Part shown: piece by piece, positions 30,215-39,091 of the stretch | How positions within the stretch are numbered: the first letter of the stretch is position 1 | Layout: every line of letters begins with the position of its first letter | Origin: Vulcanimicrobiota bacterium | Lineage (GTDB): Bacteria > Vulcanimicrobiota > Xenobia > Xenobiales > JADMJV01 | Assembly: GCA_050250895.1 (NCBI GenBank) | Contig: JBFWNU010000001.1 | Location: forward strand, 3,680,149 to 3,744,148 | Length of the DNA: 64,000 nt | Direction of reading: 5' to 3' | Position numbers and translations under genes: made by a program | Notes under the pieces: generated by a model | The model's input: the letters and a program-made list of their open reading frames with translations, nothing else | Databases searched by the model: none | Told to the model about the DNA's origin: nothing

Positions 30215-32470
30215 CTAGCCGCGACCAACCAGTTGCGAGACGCGCTGGTCGGGAAGGGGTTTGGAGTAGAGAAATCCCTGAGCCAGTTTGCAGCCGTGCT
30301 CGCTTAGGAAGGCAACTTGCTCTTCGGTTTCGACCCCCTCGGCCAGGGGAGGGATGCTCAGGCTCTCGGCCAGACCGATGACCGCGCGACAGAGCGCCGC
30401 CGAGTGGGGATCGGCTGGCAGACGGGCCACCAGGGAGTGGTCGATCTTGAGGAAGCGTACGCCTTGATAGCCCAGTTGGCGCAGCGACGAGTGGCCGCTG
30501 CCGAAGTCATCGATACCCAGCCCGATGCCCCCCTGGCTTAGCACCTCCAGCACCCGCTCGGTTTGGTCGGGAGCCAGATTATAGACGCTTTCGGGCACTT
30601 CAATGACCAGTTGATCGGCGGGAATGCCCTCTTCTTCGACGATGGCCAGGACGCGCTCGGCAAAGCCCGCGCTGATCAGTTGATGGGGCGAAACGTTCAC
30701 GGAGCAATAGAGCTGGGGAGGAAGGTTGGCCGCCCGTCGGCAGGCAGCCCGGATGGCCCACTCGCCCAGGGGGACGATCAGGCCGTAGTCCTGGGCCACT
30801 TCCAGAAAGTCACCGGGGCTCAGCAATCCGCGTTCGGGGTGTTCCCAGCGAAGCAATCCCTCGACGCCGACCACCTTGCGGTTCTCGATGGTCACGATCG
30901 GTTGGTAGTGCAGGCGCATCTGGCCGCCGTCGAGGGCGGTCCGCAGTTCGCTCTCGAGGGTCAACTGGGCTCGAATCTTCTGTTGAAGCTCGGGTGTGTA
31001 GAGTTCGACCCGGTTGCGGCCGGATTGTTTGGCGTGAAAGAGGGCGCGCTCGGCATTCTCGAGCAGGTCGGACCAGTCTTCGCCGTGGGTCGGGTTATAG
31101 CTGATGCCCACGCTGGCCGAGACCCTGACCGACTGGCCGGACAGCTCGAAGGGCACCGACAGGCTTTCGAGGGTTTGGCGGGCCAGCTCGCGCGCCTGGT
31201 CTTCAACCGAGCCGCCGGCCCAGGCTACCATCAGCACGAAAAACTCGTCTTCGCCGCGACGGCAGACCACTTCGGCCTGACAATCGCGCAAGCGGTCCGC
31301 CACCTGACAAAGCAGCTCGTCGCCGGTTTTCTGGCCGAGGGTATCGTTGACCACCCGAAATCGATCCAGGTCGACCACCAGCAGAGCCACCACCTGACCC
31401 TGCTCGAGCTTCGAGGCCACCACGCGAGGCAGCACGTTGGCATTGGCCAATCCGGTCAGGGGGTCCTCGAAGGCCAGCCGCTCGGTATCGCGGTCGGGGG
31501 CTGGAGCGGGCCCCGAGCCCGTCGCCAGCAGGCGATCCCGCTCGGCGGTCAGCTCGGCCAACTCTTGCTCGAGGGTGTTGGCCTTCCAGCGAGCCGCCTG
31601 CAACACTGTGCTGGCGCGCTTGGCCTCTTCTTGCTCTTGAGAGAGTTGCTCGCGCAGGCTGGCCACCTCCTCTTCGGAGTCGCGCAGCTTCTCTTCTAGC
31701 TCTTGCAGCTTTTCCACGGCCGGTCCGGCCTTCTCATAGATGCGGCGGAAGCGCTCGTTGGCCTCGTCGATCCGGCTCTGGGCCCGGGTCGCCCGCTCTT
31801 CGGCCTGGCGGGCGCTGGCTTCGGCCTCGAGCTGGCTCGACTCGGCCACTTCGGCTCGGGCGTCGGCGGCGGCAGCCCGAGCCTCGGCTTCTTCAGCCCG
31901 GCGCTCGAGTTCTTCCACTCCGGACATCTCATAGATGCGGCGAAAGCGGATATTCGCTTCGAGGGTCCGCTCTTCGGCGCGAGCAGCCGCACGCTCGGCC
32001 TCTTCCACTCGGGCCTGGGCTTCACTCAAGCGCCGGTCGGCTTCGGCGGCCGCCTCTTCCGAGCGGCGGGCCCGTTCTTCCGCCTCGTCATATTTCTCCA
32101 CCGCCGGGCCCGACTTGACATAGATGCGCCGAAAGCGCTCATCGGCCTCGAGGGCCCTGGCTTCAGCCTGAAGGGCTCGTTCCTCGAAGGTCTGGAGCGT
32201 GCCGACATCGGCTAGAGGCAGGCTGGTGAGACTGCGCAGCCAATAGAGGGTTACGTCGGGTAGCTCCTGGCGTCGAATCTCGTACTCGACCAGTTCTACT
32301 TCCAGGCGCTGGTCTTGCCCATGACGAGATAGAAGCTCGGCCCACTCGTCAGAGCCGGCGAGCTTTTTGGCGGCTGCATTTACGAACGATACATCCCCCG
32401 TGCCATCCAGCCCCACGATCGCGTCGGGATGGTTCTGCAAAGTCGCTAGAAAATCCACCGGCAGAAACAT
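30215..32470 (-). CDS. GGDEF-EAL c-di-GMP enzyme with PAS-like N-terminus and long coiled coil
   Basis: DPLTGLAN, DLDRFRVVND, GEDEF, EGLLRW, IDDFGSG, EGVET. Confidence 0.9.
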   Translation of the reverse strand: MFLPVDFLATLQNHPDAIVGLDGTGDVSFVNAAAKKLAGSDEWAELLSRHGQDQRLEVELVEYEIRRQELPDVTLYWLRSLTSLPLADVGTLQTFEERALQAEARALEADERFRRIYVKSGPAVEKYDEAEERARRSEEAAAEADRRLSEAQARVEEAERAAARAEERTLEANIRFRRIYEMSGVEELERRAEEAEARAAAADARAEVAESSQLEAEASARQAEERATRAQSRIDEANERFRRIYEKAGPAVEKLQELEEKLRDSEEEVASLREQLSQEQEEAKRASTVLQAARWKANTLEQELAELTAERDRLLATGSGPAPAPDRDTERLAFEDPLTGLANANVLPRVVASKLEQGQVVALLVVDLDRFRVVNDTLGQKTGDELLCQVADRLRDCQAEVVCRRGEDEFFVLMVAWAGGSVEDQARELARQTLESLSVPFELSGQSVRVSASVGISYNPTHGEDWSDLLENAERALFHAKQSGRNRVELYTPELQQKIRAQLTLESELRTALDGGQMRLHYQPIVTIENRKVVGVEGLLRWEHPERGLLSPGDFLEVAQDYGLIVPLGEWAIRAACRRAANLPPQLYCSVNVSPHQLISAGFAERVLAIVEEEGIPADQLVIEVPESVYNLAPDQTERVLEVLSQGGIGLGIDDFGSGHSSLRQLGYQGVRFLKIDHSLVARLPADPHSAALCRAVIGLAESLSIPPLAEGVETEEQVAFLSEHGCKLAQGFLYSKPLPDQRVSQLVGRG

Positions 32471-32496
32471 TTGTGCCCGGAGGGAAAGAGCCCTGC

Positions 32497-33696
32497 TTAC
32501 GATCCGCTCGCGATTGCCTCGCCCACCACCCAACCCGAGGCCCAGGCGTTCTGAAAGTTGAATCCGCCCGTGACGCCGTCTACATCCAGCAACTCTCCGG
32601 CCACGTGCAAACCCCGCCATTTTCGGCTTTCTAGTGTGTCCAGATAGAGCTCGCTAAGGGGCAGCCCGCCGGCGGTCACGAATTCCTCTTTGAACACTCC
32701 TTTGCCGCCAACTTCAAACTGGGCGCGCTTGAGGTTTTCGCTGAGTCGATTGAGCTGCTTATTGGGCGATTGGGACCAGGGCTGGGCCGGGTCCAGGCCG
32801 TGATGGCGCAACAGGCTCTCCCATAGGCGCTTGGGCAGGTCCAGCGGGTTGTAGTTGCCCAGGTGGGTCGACCGCGACTTACAGCTCAGCAACTGTTGGC
32901 GCAGGGCTTCGTGATCTTGGTCGGGAGCGAGATCCAGAGTGAGTGTCGCCCGGTAGCCGCAAGCGTGCAGTTCGCGAGCGGCAAAGGCCGACAGCTTCAA
33001 GATGGCCGGACCGCTCAGACCCCAGTGGGTGATGAGCAGGGGCCCTTCGGCCCGCTGGCCGGCCACTTCGGCCGCCACCCACGGCAGACTGACACCCTGC
33101 AGTCCCGTCAGGCGCGGGTCCTGGACTTTGAACGTGAACAACGAGGGAACAGGGTCCACCACCCGATGCCCCATGGCGGCCAGCCAGGCGTAGGCCATGG
33201 GCGAACCCCCCGGCGCCAGCAGCAGGCGTTGGGCCTCGAAGCTCGCCTGGCGGGTGTGGGCCACAAAGTGGTGGTGATCGACCTCCAACCGGCGCACGGT
33301 ATGGCTGGTGAAGATGCGCACTCCAAGCCGATCGGCCTCGTTGAGCAGGCAGTCGATCACGGTTTGCGACGAGTCGGTGACAGGAAACATCCGACCGTCG
33401 GCCTCGGTCTTGAGTTTGACGCCGCGCGAGGCGAACCACTCGACCGTGTCGGCCGGGCCGAACCGCTCGAGCAGGCGGACGAGCGCCCGTCCGCCCCGGG
33501 GATAGTGCTCGAGCAACTCCCCGGTGTCAAAGCAGGCGTGGGTCACGTTGCAGCGCCCGCCACCCGAGATGCGCACCTTGCCCAGCGGGCTGGCGGCAGA
33601 CTCGAGGATCAGGACCTTCAACTCAGGGTTGAGTGCGGCCGCTCGCAGGGCGGCGAAGACGCCGGCGGCCCCGGCGCCCACGATCAAGACCCTCAT
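32497..33696 (-). CDS. HI0933/YhiN (BaiN) family flavoprotein
   Basis: GAGAAG, ISGGGRCNVT, VTAGG, DGVTGGFNFQ. Confidence 0.92.
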   Translation of the reverse strand: MRVLIVGAGAAGVFAALRAAALNPELKVLILESAASPLGKVRISGGGRCNVTHACFDTGELLEHYPRGGRALVRLLERFGPADTVEWFASRGVKLKTEADGRMFPVTDSSQTVIDCLLNEADRLGVRIFTSHTVRRLEVDHHHFVAHTRQASFEAQRLLLAPGGSPMAYAWLAAMGHRVVDPVPSLFTFKVQDPRLTGLQGVSLPWVAAEVAGQRAEGPLLITHWGLSGPAILKLSAFAARELHACGYRATLTLDLAPDQDHEALRQQLLSCKSRSTHLGNYNPLDLPKRLWESLLRHHGLDPAQPWSQSPNKQLNRLSENLKRAQFEVGGKGVFKEEFVTAGGLPLSELYLDTLESRKWRGLHVAGELLDVDGVTGGFNFQNAWASGWVVGEAIASGS

Positions 33697-33903
33697 CGCG
33701 GAGAGGGTGGCAGGAACCGATGCTTCCTGGGGCCGGGCTTCATTGTCGGATTGTACTTCTCTTTTCCTGACGCAAAATTGGTGGTTTGTATACTCTGAGT
33801 CAGAGGTGGCCATTCTACAGAGCCGAAAACTTTGGGCTCGTCAACCCACTTCATCAGAAAATGAAGCCCTCGGCCAAGTGCGAGCTTCATGCGAGGAGAG
33901 TAT

Positions 33904-36504
33904 ATGGAGCCCAAACAGGTCAACAGGCGTATCTTCCTCAAGTCGGCGGTCGCCGCCGGAGTCACCCTGGTCGGCCTCACCGGGTGCGAAAGCGGCGGAA
34001 ACGACTTCGTGGTCACCGGGTCCGGCGGTGCGCTAAACAACTTCGTTCCCCCCAACGTGCCGGTCCTGACGCTCCAAACGCAGGTCCAGCCAGCCGTGGT
34101 GCCGGGAGTCGACGCCGGGACTCGCCACACCGTCCGGGTGGTGGCCAGCCAGGGTGGTCTGGTGAACCTGCCGGATGGGGTCTCTCTTTTGATCCCTCCG
34201 GGAGCCCTCCCTGCCGACCTCGAGATCTCGATCACGATGCCGTCGGGTCAGACGCTGGGCGCCAACTTCTTGCAGTATCTTTTCGAGCCGACCGGATTGG
34301 TGTTCAATACACCGATCTTCATCACGCTGCCCTTTGCCACCTTGGCAGCCAAGGACATTCTCCTATCGTTTAACTCCAGCCCGGTCAATCCGATTGTCGA
34401 TACCGGCTCAGAGCTGACCAACTGGGATTTCAATTTCCCGGCCGGCACTCAATCGAGCGGGGGCGTGACCTACGCTGTGAACCACTTCTCCTGGTTTATG
34501 GGCCTCAAAGCCACCGACCTGGGTCTCTATCTGGTCACCGATATCCCCCCCGAGAACCTCGAAACCGGGGATATCCTCTTCGTGCTCTCGGAGTCTGACG
34601 GCAAACGCTGGCGTCCCGGCCACGTTGCGATCTTGTTGAAGGAAGGCAACGACGAGGCTCCTCTCAACACGGACCCCGGCCGATGTATCGAAATGCCGGG
34701 GGGACCTTGCACCATCAATTCGTTAGAGCACATCCAGTTCTCCGACGACCATGTCTATCTCGGTCCCCGTCGACATCCCGAAGGGCTGACGCAATCCGAG
34801 CAGGAGCAAGCCGCGGCCTTCTGGTTGTCGAAACTGGGCACCCAGTATGCGATCATTGGAGACCAGGGTGACGACGTCATTCCCATCACCGCCGGCTTTA
34901 GTTGCGTGGGGCTGGTCGATGCGGGCCTGCGCCATATCGGCAAGGGCCTGGCCGGATGGATTGCCCGGCAGTTCGTGCTCACTCCCCTGGAATACTATCA
35001 ACTCACGGTCCCGGTCACCGAGATGGAAGTCAAGGTCGGCAAAGAGTTCAAGATGCCAGTCTACGGGCTGGTGTCCTTCCTTGGGGATGACACCCTGGGC
35101 AATGCACCGGGCCTAAATCTGCTGGGGGCGTTGGGGTCTTACTCCCGAACGCTGCCCTATGATATCGCCCCGCTCCAGTCCCCCCCCGGTTCGGTGTTCG
35201 TTCCGGCCCAGTTGCCGACATCTAGCGGCGGGGGGCCGCCCAACCTGGGTCCGGCCGCTCCCGGCTATGAGTTCATCTGGACCCCCACCCCCGAGCAACT
35301 GGGGCAGATCTTCGAACTCGAGTTGCTGATGGTGGCGGACAGGTTCAATTGGCAGGCCATCAACACCGAGACCTTTCTCCGGGACGAGTCCAGACGCACC
35401 CTTCGCTTTACGGTAGTCGAAGATACCCGCTATCGCATCGAAGTCATCCACACCCTTGTTGGGGGCTCTGGAGGCGAGGCCGTCGAGGGCCCGCTGTTCG
35501 TGGTGGCTGACGAACTGGTCGCTTTTCAGGCCCTTGTGCCCACCACCACAGCGGACCCGCCCGACCGCTACGTCCGGATTCGACAGGCCGACGGAACGTT
35601 GTCTCGGGTGGGCGGCTTGCCTCAGCTAAATCTCCAGGATTTCGCCGACGACGGCCACGTGGTGACCGATGAAACGGTCGGTCCCAACCAAGGCGACGAG
35701 ACCATCAACAAGCTCTATCTCCAGGGTCAAGGCAACGGAGTCCGGATTCTCACTCCCCCGAGCGCTCAGGACGGAGCTACCGAGACTGCGCGCGTGAACG
35801 AGAACGGCGTCGTGGTCTTCACCTACTATAAATCCAACCGGGGCAATCCCGACCCCCTGGCCGACCGAGATCACGACCTCGGCCTTTATGACCCCCAACT
35901 CAATGCCTCGGTCAGCCTCAACCTGCGCAGCTTCTTGGACCCGATCGCAACCATCTTCAACGAGCACTATCGGATCAACCGAGACCGTGAAGTGGCCGTG
36001 ATCATGTTCACCCCGGAGGGGACCAAGCTGATCGTTTGGAAGCCAGCTATCGTCGGGGTCGACCCTCGTCCCGCTCGCATCTCGGTCATTCGCGAAACTC
36101 CCTACGATGATGACGTGCCCAATCTACGGGGGACGGACAAGCTCCTTTTCAATGATCGCGGCGACCTCGCCTGGAACGAGCGCGGTTCAGGTGCCGAGGA
36201 GAAGCTATACCTCTATACCCAGGGCCAGGTGAGCGAGCTACCCGTGCCGGCCGACCCGTTCAACCGCCCGGTCCAATTGATCGCTCTCAACAATCGGGGG
36301 GTTCTGTTAGGCCAGCAGGGAGAACGAATGGTGCTCTGGCGGACCTCCGACGTTACCAATTTCGAGATTGCCTACGAGGGGCAAATCAGTGCCCAGGACA
36401 TGAATGATGACGGCGTCATCTTGGGTCGGCGCGCATCGGTCATCGACGGCCAGGTCACCGCCGAGGTGGTCCTCATGCGGCCGATTCCCCAGAATGCTTT
36501 ATAG
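33904..36504 (+). CDS. Tat lipoprotein with ZU5-like domain, permuted NlpC/P60 (YiiX/YebB-like) domain and beta-rich C-terminus
   Basis: NRRIFLK + LTGC; GGLV...IPPGAL...EPTGLVF...HFS; GDILF...GHVAI...FSCVGLV. Confidence 0.65.
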   Translation: MEPKQVNRRIFLKSAVAAGVTLVGLTGCESGGNDFVVTGSGGALNNFVPPNVPVLTLQTQVQPAVVPGVDAGTRHTVRVVASQGGLVNLPDGVSLLIPPGALPADLEISITMPSGQTLGANFLQYLFEPTGLVFNTPIFITLPFATLAAKDILLSFNSSPVNPIVDTGSELTNWDFNFPAGTQSSGGVTYAVNHFSWFMGLKATDLGLYLVTDIPPENLETGDILFVLSESDGKRWRPGHVAILLKEGNDEAPLNTDPGRCIEMPGGPCTINSLEHIQFSDDHVYLGPRRHPEGLTQSEQEQAAAFWLSKLGTQYAIIGDQGDDVIPITAGFSCVGLVDAGLRHIGKGLAGWIARQFVLTPLEYYQLTVPVTEMEVKVGKEFKMPVYGLVSFLGDDTLGNAPGLNLLGALGSYSRTLPYDIAPLQSPPGSVFVPAQLPTSSGGGPPNLGPAAPGYEFIWTPTPEQLGQIFELELLMVADRFNWQAINTETFLRDESRRTLRFTVVEDTRYRIEVIHTLVGGSGGEAVEGPLFVVADELVAFQALVPTTTADPPDRYVRIRQADGTLSRVGGLPQLNLQDFADDGHVVTDETVGPNQGDETINKLYLQGQGNGVRILTPPSAQDGATETARVNENGVVVFTYYKSNRGNPDPLADRDHDLGLYDPQLNASVSLNLRSFLDPIATIFNEHYRINRDREVAVIMFTPEGTKLIVWKPAIVGVDPRPARISVIRETPYDDDVPNLRGTDKLLFNDRGDLAWNERGSGAEEKLYLYTQGQVSELPVPADPFNRPVQLIALNNRGVLLGQQGERMVLWRTSDVTNFEIAYEGQISAQDMNDDGVILGRRASVIDGQVTAEVVLMRPIPQNAL

Positions 36505-37476
36505 GTGGGCGGCCAGGGCGATCAGCTCGTCGATGACGGCTAGAAAGCTCTGATCCTGGACCAGCTGGCACTGGGAAAGGTCCTTCTTGAGGTGTTCGAG
36601 ATAGACCACCCCGCGCAGCTTCTTGGCCCCGAAGGCCTCGCCCGGCAGGCGAAAGTTGACACCGTGAAGCACCAGCGTGACCCAGGGGGGCAACTTGCCA
36701 CCGATCGCCAGGATGCCACGGAAAGGGCCGGTCGACTCTTGCCAGGTGACGCCTTCGAGCTGTCCCAGGGGGTGATGGCTCAGATCGGCACCGTCGTTAA
36801 AGCCCACCGTTTGGCCGCTGCCCAACAGCAAGGGGCGAACGGCTGGTGTGCCGTTGAAGGTGACGGGCACGGGACTGCGATTGCAGTGGCGAAAGACGGC
36901 GTCTTCTTCTGAGTCGGGAGTCATGCCACCCGAAATGCGCGTCAAGAACTTGCGAGCGGTCCGCAGGCCCACCCGCTCGCGGACATGGATTCTCAGATTG
37001 ACCTCGCCCCGGCCGGCACTGGGAGCGGGTCGAGGCTGGTCGGCCTGATAGACGAGCTTCTTGCCCTGGTATTCGAGCACGGCCCCCCTTTTGCCGTCCC
37101 AGGCCTCGAGTCGCAAAATCCGCGGCTCGAGCACCTGGGCCCCGCTCAGGCCGATGCCCAGTTCGCGAAAGACCGGTGGCGCCGAAGTCGAGAACACCAG
37201 TGAATGGAGCTGATCTAACAGAGTGGCGTCGGGCAGCAAGCAGTCGGACTCGAGAATCAGGTCGTCAGCGTCGCCCTGAAAGTCGACCCAGCTGGCTCCC
37301 CCGGCCACCGCGGCCGCCTGCAAGTTGAGCACATAGAGACGCGGCTCGGGATGGCGAAACTCGCGCAGCTTCTCTTCGGCCCGCGCCTCGCTGAGGGTGA
37401 AGCTTCCTGAAGAATCGACTTTGCCCTCGCCACGATAGCCTTCCAGCCGGGCCAGCAGTTCGGGCCGGACGGTCAT
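36499..37476 (-). CDS. Hypothetical protein (possibly degenerate GHKL/HSP90-like N-domain)
   Basis: EGKVDSSGSFTLS...EKLREF...AAVAGGA; ATGA coupling. Confidence 0.55.
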   Translation of the reverse strand: MTVRPELLARLEGYRGEGKVDSSGSFTLSEARAEEKLREFRHPEPRLYVLNLQAAAVAGGASWVDFQGDADDLILESDCLLPDATLLDQLHSLVFSTSAPPVFRELGIGLSGAQVLEPRILRLEAWDGKRGAVLEYQGKKLVYQADQPRPAPSAGRGEVNLRIHVRERVGLRTARKFLTRISGGMTPDSEEDAVFRHCNRSPVPVTFNGTPAVRPLLLGSGQTVGFNDGADLSHHPLGQLEGVTWQESTGPFRGILAIGGKLPPWVTLVLHGVNFRLPGEAFGAKKLRGVVYLEHLKKDLSQCQLVQDQSFLAVIDELIALAAHL

Positions 37477-38141
37477 TGCACGAAGACCGCGCAGCCAGCC
37501 GGCAGGGCCAGGGTCAAAAACAGGCCCCAAAAGACCACCGCGCAACAGTCAAGAGCGGCCCGAGGGCTGGAGCGAAAGTGAACCGACGGCGTTTCTGGAC
37601 CAGGGCGCACCACCATTTGCTGCTCGGTCTCGCCCTCGAGAAACTCGAGTTCAAATTCGGTCGCCAGACGTTCGGCCTGGCGGGCGGCGGCCCGGTGGTC
37701 GTCGCCGTGGCGGCTGGCCCGAAAGCGACGGCCCTGGCGGGTGATCAAAAAGGTCACATACTCCCACCAGTAGTTGACCGGCGCAGCCGGAAATTCGCCC
37801 GCCCAGGCGGCCCCCCACAACTCTTCGAGTCCGGCCAGGGGCACCAGTTGGCGAACCCACAAAAAACGCCGGCGCAGCAGCAACTGCTGGCGCTCGCGGT
37901 CGAGCACCAACTCGACCCGGATCAGCTGCCGGAAGAGATAGAGAAAGGCCAGCGCTCCCACCACCAGCAGCAGGGGGAGCACGGTCAAATAACCGAGCCC
38001 CTCCCGTTGGGAAAGCGTGTAATACCAGAACAGAGGTAGTCCCGCGCAAAGCCCCATCAAGACTTTACGCAGCCAGCGCATGCCTTCTTCAAAGCCCGCG
38101 TCGGACCCCAGCACTTCTAAGACAGCGTCGTCGTTGCTCAC
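37473..38141 (-). CDS. Hypothetical membrane protein
   Basis: Two N-terminal TMs and a C-terminal TM; overlaps neighbours by 4 nt. Confidence 0.6.
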   Translation of the reverse strand: MSNDDAVLEVLGSDAGFEEGMRWLRKVLMGLCAGLPLFWYYTLSQREGLGYLTVLPLLLVVGALAFLYLFRQLIRVELVLDRERQQLLLRRRFLWVRQLVPLAGLEELWGAAWAGEFPAAPVNYWWEYVTFLITRQGRRFRASRHGDDHRAAARQAERLATEFELEFLEGETEQQMVVRPGPETPSVHFRSSPRAALDCCAVVFWGLFLTLALPAGCAVFVQ

Positions 38142-39091
38142 TCTTTCGCCGGTTTCTTCATCTCCTGGACTTGCTTCCAGGTCTGGCGGGCCTGCTCTTC
38201 ATCTCCCAGCACTTTGAGCAGCATGGCCTTGTAGCTGAGAAGTCCCGCGTCGTCGGGGTATTCTTTGACGAGTTCCTCGACGTAGTCCAACGACTCGTCG
38301 ACCAGGGCGAAGTCGACCATGGTGGTCAGGGCGGCCAATTTGTCCTCTTTGGTCTTGGCCTCTTTTCGCAGGGCGTCGAGGCTGTCGGCCGTCTCCTTGT
38401 CCAGCACGATGATCCCCGTCTCGGCGCTGCCGGCCCCGGTGTCCAGGCGGACGTAGTAGGCGCCCGGCTGGATGGGAAGCTTCGGCGTCAAAGAGTTGGC
38501 GTTATAAGCTCGATAGTTGCCGATACCCGCCGGCACATCCTCGGTAATGATCACACGATAGGGGCCTCGAGCCGGACGGGCGTGAAATCGGACCTGTTCG
38601 CCACGAGAAAAGACGATGGAGGGAGCCAGTTCGATGGGTCCTCGCTGCAGATCGGGCGGAACCGGAGCCATGGCCACCTCGCCGAGCTCGATGCGCGTGT
38701 CGTAGAGCTGGGCCTGCAGCTGGCCTCCGGCGCGCTGAATCTTCTCGTTCTTGGGTACCATGACCTGAGAGCCGTCGGCTTTGACCCGATTGAGGCTGCC
38801 TTCACCCTTGACCAGCTCAGCCCCGTTGGTGGTCAGTTTGACCGTGCAAGGCCCTTCAATGGTCTCCTTGCTGCGGTCGGAGAGATAGCTCAGGCGCAAC
38901 TCGGCGCCTTCGGCCAGGCTGGCCACCGCCCCCTCGGGCAACACCTGCAAAGTCTGGGGTGGCTCGACCTTGTCGCCGATCTTGATTTTCACATCCCCCT
39001 CGGTTTTTAGAACCATCGCCAGGCGCCCGTTGGCGGCGGCAAGACTTGCCGCTGCCAGCAGCATCACCAGCAATATCACGCGCAATCTCAT
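38138..39091 (-). CDS. Exported protein (FecR-like N-domain, C-terminal TPR-like helices)
   Basis: Signal peptide, V..EGDV...L.EG...L.EGAEL pattern; coupled to the cyclase gene. Confidence 0.6.
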   Translation of the reverse strand: MRLRVILLVMLLAAASLAAANGRLAMVLKTEGDVKIKIGDKVEPPQTLQVLPEGAVASLAEGAELRLSYLSDRSKETIEGPCTVKLTTNGAELVKGEGSLNRVKADGSQVMVPKNEKIQRAGGQLQAQLYDTRIELGEVAMAPVPPDLQRGPIELAPSIVFSRGEQVRFHARPARGPYRVIITEDVPAGIGNYRAYNANSLTPKLPIQPGAYYVRLDTGAGSAETGIIVLDKETADSLDALRKEAKTKEDKLAALTTMVDFALVDESLDYVEELVKEYPDDAGLLSYKAMLLKVLGDEEQARQTWKQVQEMKKPAKE

